Origin: Oikopleura dioica
Lineage: Eukaryota; Animalia; Chordata
Assembly: GCA_907165135.1 (NCBI GenBank)
Contig: OU015570.1
Location: 1,757,929 to 1,821,928, forward strand
Reading direction: 5' to 3'
DNA length: 64,000 nucleotides
The translations under genes were made by a program, and so were the position numbers. This document shows positions 59,001 to 64,000 of this stretch, one piece after another. The notes under the pieces were generated by a model. That model did no database searches, was not told where the DNA came from, and saw nothing but the letters and a program-made list of their open reading frames with translations. Position 1 is the stretch's first letter. Every line of letters begins with the position of its first letter.

Positions 59001-60433
59001 AAAACCGCTGGCGCGTTTTTCCCACCCATTGGCATTTTCGTCCATGTGTACTGTCCGAAGTCGGTCGTGATCGCAACTTTCTTTTGAGCTTCTTCAGAGC
59101 ATCTTATTTGGTGGAATCCAGTAAACAAATAAGCTGTCGAAAAAACGCAAGAATTGGCCATTTGGTCGATCAAGCCATCAATTTCCGGTAGAGGATATTG
59201 GTTCGACACTGTGACGGAATTGAGTTTTCTGTAGTCGCAAACGAGCCTGTATTTTCCGTTAGGTTTTTTCACCAAAAGAACAGGCGCCGCCCAAGGGCTT
59301 GAGATGGGGATAAGAAGACCTGAGTCAAGGTTCGATTTGATTATCTTCCTCATTTCTTCGCGGAGATAATAAGGCGTTCTATATCGCTGGGAAGCAGCTG
59401 GCGGCGCATTTCCAGTGTCAATATCGTACTGTACTGCATCTGTTGACCCAAGTTTTTCGCCTTCGATAGCAAATACGTCCACGTAGTTCGCAATGAGCGA
59501 ATATAAGCGCTGTTTTATTCTGGCCGGGATGTCTCCAATCGAGAGTTCTTTCAAAATTTGATTGAACTTCCCCTGACGAGCCGAGCCAGGTGGTGAGACA
59601 CTTACTTCGCCTATCCTTGCTATTGTCGTTCCTTCTGGGATGTAAATGCTATCGTTTGAATTGTTCGCTACTTGAATTGTGACGGTGCTGACTGCTGCGT
59701 TGATTTGAATGACTTGCTCGTAAATTTCAAAGTTTTTATTTTTCACACAGGATTCTGGAAGGGCAAAAATGGTACTTGTTGGGTAAGATGATAGGTTGAG
59801 ATTGAGAGAAGTTGTTGTTTTCGGCGGGATAGTTGTAGGCTTTTGACTTTTCGCATTGTCAATGAAGTGGTCGGATTTGCTGACCATTCGCAGACCAGCA
59901 AATTTTGAAATTTGATTCATTGAAATTGTCATCTTTTCGCTAATACCATTTTGGCTGAGCTCCGAATTTTTGATGTCAATTGCAAGGTCGTTTTCGAAAA
60001 TTTCCGGGGTCCCCAAAATGGCTGAGCATGAGTCGTCGACGATTTGAAAGATGCAGTTTCGAAGTTTAAGTTTTCCAATGTCGATGTCACATTCGAGGCA
60101 TCCATATACTTTGATGATTGATCCACAATAGCTTTCAAGTTGAAATGGCGCGGGTGTAAGAGTTTTCATGAGGTGAGCAGGCACAAATTGGCGGGGTAAA
60201 CATGAAGTTTGGGCTCCAGTGTCGAGCTGGAAGAGAATGTCTTGGCCGAACATTTGACCAAATATGTTGATTTTTGGGCCGATTTTAGGTTTGACCGCAG
60301 CAATAGCGGTACGGGTCTTTACTGACGCATATAAAGACCCGCTACCTAGTTTTTTGCCTGACGTTCTGGGCAAGCGAACTGAATGTGTCCAACCTGATTG
60401 CAATTTCTGCAGCTCAGGCTTGTTCCTCGGCAA
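56085..60433 (-). CDS. pol: D Pol (PR-RT-RH-IN plus C-terminal extension); 1-nt deletion near 57155; first RT Asp reads as Tyr (STAYLFTGF)
   Basis: LDTGA; YLDD; ETDAS; HDKCGH..CEKC; AID, LMDNG, VENRN; GPF motif in the shifted frame. Confidence 0.92.
60315..60355 (-). promoter_or_regulatory. -1 ribosomal frameshift signal
   Basis: A AAA AAC directly before the gag TAG, then a 10-bp stem CGGGTCTTTA/TAAAGACCCG. Confidence 0.8.
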
Positions 60434-61503
60434 TTAAAAGCGCGGTGCCCAAGTACTCCACACTTTCTGCATCTGTAGGGGTATCCATTCGGTCCAATTT
60501 CAAAATTGTCAGGGAAGGGTCCTTGTTGTGAGTTCCGTTGTTGCTGTTGGTATCCATTTGGTTGTCTGTCGGCGGGTCGAGTAGGCTGCGAAGTCTGTCG
60601 CATTTGGTGAATGACGTTTTGTTGCTCGTCTGATCGTCGAAATTGATATCCATTTGATCGTTCATTTGATGATTGTTTGTAATTCGGATTCCGCTGTTGG
60701 TTTTTTGCGCTAATCCTCTTTATTTCGGCCAGCTCGCGTTCAAGGTTGTCAATCTTGTCGTTGGTTTTCGTTGCAATAGCAGCATTGTTCTGTAGTTGTT
60801 CCGTAAGAGCATTCACTTTTTCTTGGAGCAGAATTTCTTGCGCGGTCACTGCCCGGACGTCCGCTTTCCGCTTGTATTTTTGCATTTTGTCGAGATATTT
60901 CGCAGTTTCTTCCGTGTTTTTGTCGTTCATATCTTGGTCGAGAAGGTATCGTCGAAGTGTCGGGGTGAGTGATCGGTCGAATGTGTCATCGATGTAATGT
61001 TTCTTAAGAATTTCGCACCCGGCGCTTGCTTTTTCTGCCAAGATCTCGATTCGAGAGTAGAAAAGTTCGAATCTTTCTTCATCGTCCGCGTTTCGTGATA
61101 TTTCGTGGAGTTCTCTTTTGGCGTCTCTGACTTTATCTTTATCGGAATATTTACCAAAAATGCGATCAAGAAGGGTAAAAAAGTCAGAGTCTCCTTTGAG
61201 TTCTCGAAGCTCGTTGGCGTATTTCGCTTTGAATTCTGGTGTGATGTATGACAGGCAGATTCGCTTGCGTGTATTCTCGAAGAGTCTGTTGAATATGTCG
61301 ATGTCTGCTTGAGTCGTGATCTTGTTTGTTGCGAGCGAAGAGTCAAACATCAGCTTCATGCTTTTTTTGTTATCTTCATATTCAGACTTTATCTCTTTAA
61401 TCGTTCTCTTTGGCATATTCGTTCTCACTGTCGGCGTTTGGCATCTGAAATTTTCTTCGAATATTTGGAAGAGTTCGAGTGGGTGTCGCATCACTGTCGC
61501 CAT
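60346..61503 (-). CDS. gag: D Gag, 385 aa, two CCHC-type knuckles
   Basis: CRKCGVLGHRAFNC and CRNCNQVGHIQFAC. Confidence 0.93.
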   Translation of the reverse strand: MATVMRHPLELFQIFEENFRCQTPTVRTNMPKRTIKEIKSEYEDNKKSMKLMFDSSLATNKITTQADIDIFNRLFENTRKRICLSYITPEFKAKYANELRELKGDSDFFTLLDRIFGKYSDKDKVRDAKRELHEISRNADDEERFELFYSRIEILAEKASAGCEILKKHYIDDTFDRSLTPTLRRYLLDQDMNDKNTEETAKYLDKMQKYKRKADVRAVTAQEILLQEKVNALTEQLQNNAAIATKTNDKIDNLERELAEIKRISAKNQQRNPNYKQSSNERSNGYQFRRSDEQQNVIHQMRQTSQPTRPADRQPNGYQQQQRNSQQGPFPDNFEIGPNGYPYRCRKCGVLGHRAFNCRGTSLSCRNCNQVGHIQFACPERQAKN

Positions 61504-62226
61504 GATATGATTCTAACACTCTGACAAAAACTAGACAAAAACTTCAAGGCGATTGAGTGATGTATTGGATTGAATATTTTTTACAGGGCAAAGGTTTTCT
61601 TATATACGGCAAAAGTGTGTCAGGAGCGTCATATGGCGCAGTAGGTAAGTAGGTCAGTTGGAAACTTTTCTAGGCGGGGCGTCATTCCGCATCGATGGTT
61701 TCCAAGGGCGATTCACGAACAAAGTCGATAACATAAAAAGGGGCAAAAGTAGGGCGCAGAAATAGGGCGAAATAAGGGGAAGGCAAATAAGGGCGATAAA
61801 ACAAAGTTTTTCTTTGCGCGTGCTAGTATCGTATCAGCTGGATCTAACCACCTAGGTTCCTTGAGGAACTCGTCCTGGTTTACGATGCTCACCCAGAAGG
61901 AAACTATCCTATGGCATTTCCGGTTTTCACAAAGAAAGGATTGATGATGAATATTCTTGCAATCGAACCAACCTTCTTCAACGACACCCAGAAGAAATTC
62001 TTTTTCCGAAAGAATGGATCCGATCTGAAATACGAGCCTGGTTTGACTGGAGAAGCTCCCCAGAAAAGAGCTCGCGAGGACCACAAAATAAACATAGCGG
62101 AAATAAACGAAACGATCGAAATGGAATCCCTCAATCAGATTCTAGCGAAAATCGATCAAGAAGATGCCAAAGTCAAGAAGGAACCTGAAACACCTAATCA
62201 GCAACACCAAAATGTTCCTCCAGGCA

Positions 62227-62545
62227 GGGATGTACATTCGCAGAAATTTTTGCTTTGCGCTGCGCTGCGATTGCGGAATTTTTTGGGGGCAGTTTTGCGC
62301 AGTTTTGCGCTGCGTAATCCGAAAATCGCGCAATTTGCAAAATTTTGCGCTGTTTTGCGGAAAATCAAAATTTGTTGATTTTGCGAAAATTTTGCGGATT
62401 TTGCGCTTTTTGCGGAATTGCGTATTGCGCAGATGACACGCAATTTGCGTAATTTTGCGAATTTTGCGGTATTTTCGCGCATTTTGCGGAAATTTGCGGA
62501 TTCTTGCGGGGTTTTCGCGCATTTTGCGAAAATCTGCGAATTCTG
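62227..62545. repeat. TTTTGCG-rich MITE-like repeat beginning CAGGGATG
   Basis: Low-complexity heptamer repeats; hAT-like left end; right end not found. Confidence 0.55.
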
Positions 62546-62754
62546 TGGTATTTTTGGCCCCATTTATTTCTACTTGAAATGGAGAGATAAAATTTTGGGG
62601 ACACTATTACGAGGTTATAAAAAGTTATTTTCAAGGTTTTCAAAGAGAACCATAATTAAGCTAAAGACAATGATAATATAGATTTTTTAAATGATGGGTG
62701 TGGGTGGGGTTGGGGACAGAACTGAGATTGATCAACTCAGAGTTCCAAGCCTTT

Positions 62755-63078
62755 GTCAAGCCCCTTAAATTTAGAAATCAAGGAACGGGGCTGAAACGGC
62801 CCGAAGGGCCGTCAAGCCTCTTAAATTTAAAAATCAAGGAACGGGGCTGAAACGGCCCGAAGGGCCGTCAAGCCCTTAAATTTAGAAATCAAGGAACGGG
62901 GCTGAAACGGCCCGAAGGGCCGTCAAGCCCTTAAATTTAGAAATCTAGGAACGGGGCTGAAACGGCCCGAAGGGCCGTCAAGCCCCTTAAATTTAAAAAT
63001 CAAGGAAAGGGGCTGAAACGGCCCGAAGGGCCGTCAAGCCCTTAAATTTAGAAATCAAGGAACGGGGCTTAAACGGCT
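62755..63078. repeat. Tandem array of ~56-bp units (about 5.8 copies), each with a GGCCC-GAA-GGGCC hairpin
   Basis: Directly visible periodic repeat. Confidence 0.9.
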
Positions 63079-63400
63079 TATAAGGGGATGCTCCCCTGGA
63101 ATATAATGAACTGTACATAAGGGGTATTCGAGGAGCCTGGAAAAAGCAAGGCGGACCCTGCTTCCGCCGGCACCTTTTAACTTGCAACTGTGTTTCGTCC
63201 CCTCGAGCGACTTATGGTCGCATAAGGGAAGAAATCGTCGATCTTTTGGTATGAGATCTTCGAAGACTTTGAGAGCATAGCCCAGTCCAATATGCTCTCT
63301 TGAGCGGCTAGAAAGCAATTTTTCTTGACTGTCTAGCGCTTTGCTGGCGTAACCTGCGATGGTTATGTTGGTGATAACATCGCCGTTTTTCTTGACGATA
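63075..63400 (-). pseudogene. pol: Family E RNase H fragment
   Basis: GYASKAL..REHIGL..CDHKSL..RVRLAFSRLLEYPLCTVHYIPG, matching the 29900-30036 motif. Confidence 0.8.
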
Positions 63401-63726
63401 CCGTATATGACGAATAATTCGTTACATACCGAATAATTCGTTGTTTCCAACGAGTAATTCGTTTTTTAAAACGAATAATTCGTTTGTTTTTGTTCTCAAG
63501 CCTGACCTTAACCCTAACCCATAAACCTAACCCTAACTCTAACCTACCATAACCACTACCTAACCTTCGGGCCGTCTCAGCCCCGTTCCTTGATTTTTAA
63601 CTTTAAGGGGCTTGACAAAGGCATTTAACTCTGAGGTGATCAATCTCAGTTTTGTCCCCATTCCCACCCACACCCATTTACATAAAAATTAAAATTATCC
63701 CTATTTCTAGGTTCGTTATGGTTATT

Positions 63727-64000
63727 ACCATGGAGTTGAGCTCTAAGTGGAGATAAGAGAATCTGAGCGTCGAAAAAATGCATAGGCTTTATTCGACGCT
63801 CAGTTCTGAGCGCGCCAAATTCTGCGCCAGCTGTGTCTAGCCAATCAGCGGACATTTTTCTTCCGCACATAATTTCGAGATTTGAGAAAACGCCAAACAT
63901 GGGCTTGGCAAAATTTCTAGAATCCCCCGACATTGAATTGCGCGGGAAACGGGGAAGGGGGCCCAGGGACATTCTCCACCAAGAGTAAAACTCCATGGTA
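63727..64000. mobile_element. Small MITE with TACCATGGAGTT inverted termini
   Basis: 63727 taccatggagtt versus 63989 aactccatggta. Confidence 0.55.

Larger units (their letters stand above)
52239..61836 (-). mobile_element. Env-bearing Ty3/gypsy element, family D (Tor-like by inference)
   Basis: 334-bp LTRs 52239-52572 and 61503-61836 (TGATA..TATCA, about 4 differences), 5-bp TSD GCTGG, PBS TGGCGAC (tRNA-Arg-like). Confidence 0.96.
52208..62226 (+). pseudogene. Putative small gene, join(52208..52218,61856..~62226); intron 1 holds element D and exon 2 is cut by a MITE
   Basis: TTTTAG-C-ATG start; the reconstructed empty intron is 34 nt (GT..CTAAC..CTAG); spliced frame MGDMFLEELVLVYDAHPEGNYPMAFPVF is open for about 127 codons. 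Confidence 0.5.

Noticed and set aside
62142-62681. Several ORFs on both strands
   Set aside because: Produced by low-complexity TTTTGCG repeats.
62755-63078. CRISPR-like repeats
   Set aside because: Units are contiguous with no variable spacers.

Overview
Eukaryotic, transposon-saturated region with nested insertions and no intact recognisable cellular gene. The very short GT-AG introns (34-48 nt) and env-bearing Ty3/gypsy elements suggest an appendicularian tunicate such as Oikopleura (inference only). At least five Ty3/gypsy LTR-retrotransposon families are present. (A) Two copies (1-~8650 minus; ~30045-34035 plus) of a highly divergent gag-pol element, saturated with CACGTG. The left copy has a convergent antisense five-exon membrane-protein gene next to the integrase stop. 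(B) An intact 6.3-kb element with identical 199-bp LTRs and one 1733-aa ORF (11730-18027). (C) Two relatives (18369-24880 decayed; 40740-47452 nearly intact) with a CCCH-finger Gag and a non-env accessory ORF3. (D) A 9.6-kb gag/pol/env element (52239-61836) with a paramyxovirus-F-like Env, a tandem array between pol and env, and a -1 frameshift signal; it appears inserted in a 34-nt intron of a small gene. (E) Pol fragments at 28760-30036 and 63075-63400. Many non-autonomous DNA transposons (pogo/Tc1-, piggyBac-, hAT-, Merlin- and Helentron-like) are interleaved. All alignments, counts and motif calls were done by eye.
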